From: Catajapyx aquilonaris
Taxonomy: Eukaryota
Assembly (NCBI GenBank): GCA_000934665.2
Contig: KZ538411.1
Span: 53,481-73,480 of the forward strand
DNA: 20,000 nt
Direction: 5' to 3'
Made by a program: the position numbers and the translations under genes. How positions within the stretch are numbered: position 1 is the stretch's first letter; every line of letters begins with the position of its first letter. Shown piece by piece: positions 19,619 through 20,000 of the stretch. Under the pieces are notes generated by a model. That model worked only from the letters and a program-made list of their open reading frames with translations, made no database searches and had not been told where the DNA came from.

Positions 19619-20000
19619 CCCCTTCGGCCCCAGATCGGCCCGAACCACACAGTTTTTGGCTTACGCGTACTCCGAAGATACGGACAAGATATTTTGCAAA
19701 TAATAACAGCTATACTTACGAGATCTGGGAAAACCCTATGAATGTGTCTGGAACCATTTTACTCGTCTAGAAGTCCCTAAATTAATTTCCAAAAAGGGCT
19801 ACAATAACTCGAAATGGGACTACTGCCGCCCAACTTTTAGGCTGATTTAATTATGAATTGCGTGAAAATATGCGGAATAACAACCTTGAGAACCATACCA
19901 GAGGAATTTGCTGAAATCGTCGTACTTTGCGAGAAATAAATTAATACTTATTTGCGGCTTTCTGGCACTTCGGAAAACTTCGGAAAACTCCCAAATTTAT
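19619..20000. mobile_element. piggyBac-type fold-back element related to 2702-3679, cut off by the window end
   Basis: TTAA-CCCCTTCGGCCCCAG terminus. Shares the blocks AAATTAATTTCCAAAAAG, GATTTAATTATGAA and CGAGAAATAAATTAATACTT with the 2702-3679 element. Confidence 0.82.

Overview
Eukaryotic genomic DNA, probably from an arthropod (species not determinable from the sequence alone). Two intron-containing genes lie head-to-head. On the minus strand is IFT70/TTC30 (fleer/dyf-1): seven homology-supported coding exons at 9574-563, about 609 codons, with the last exon beyond the left edge. On the plus strand is a KCTD3/SHKBP1-family BTB gene: two exons at 11302-14720, continuing past the window. 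The introns are packed with mobile DNA: two tRNA-derived SINEs with 16-bp target-site duplications (TSDs), TA-flanked Tc1/mariner/pogo-type MITEs (one a ~1 kb near-perfect hairpin), three TTAA-flanked piggyBac-type elements, hAT-type elements (one with a transposase remnant), a 33-bp micro-element with an 8-bp TSD, and a Helitron-like element with a PIF1 helicase remnant. The most notable observation is a CpG-rich, acidic Tyr/Asp/Glu/Pro repeat ORF (10416-9928). It ends at a strong phase-0 splice donor and can splice in frame onto the first conserved IFT70 exon, predicting a ~190-aa acidic N-terminal extension absent from the IFT70 proteins I recall. All calls were made by eye; no searches were run.
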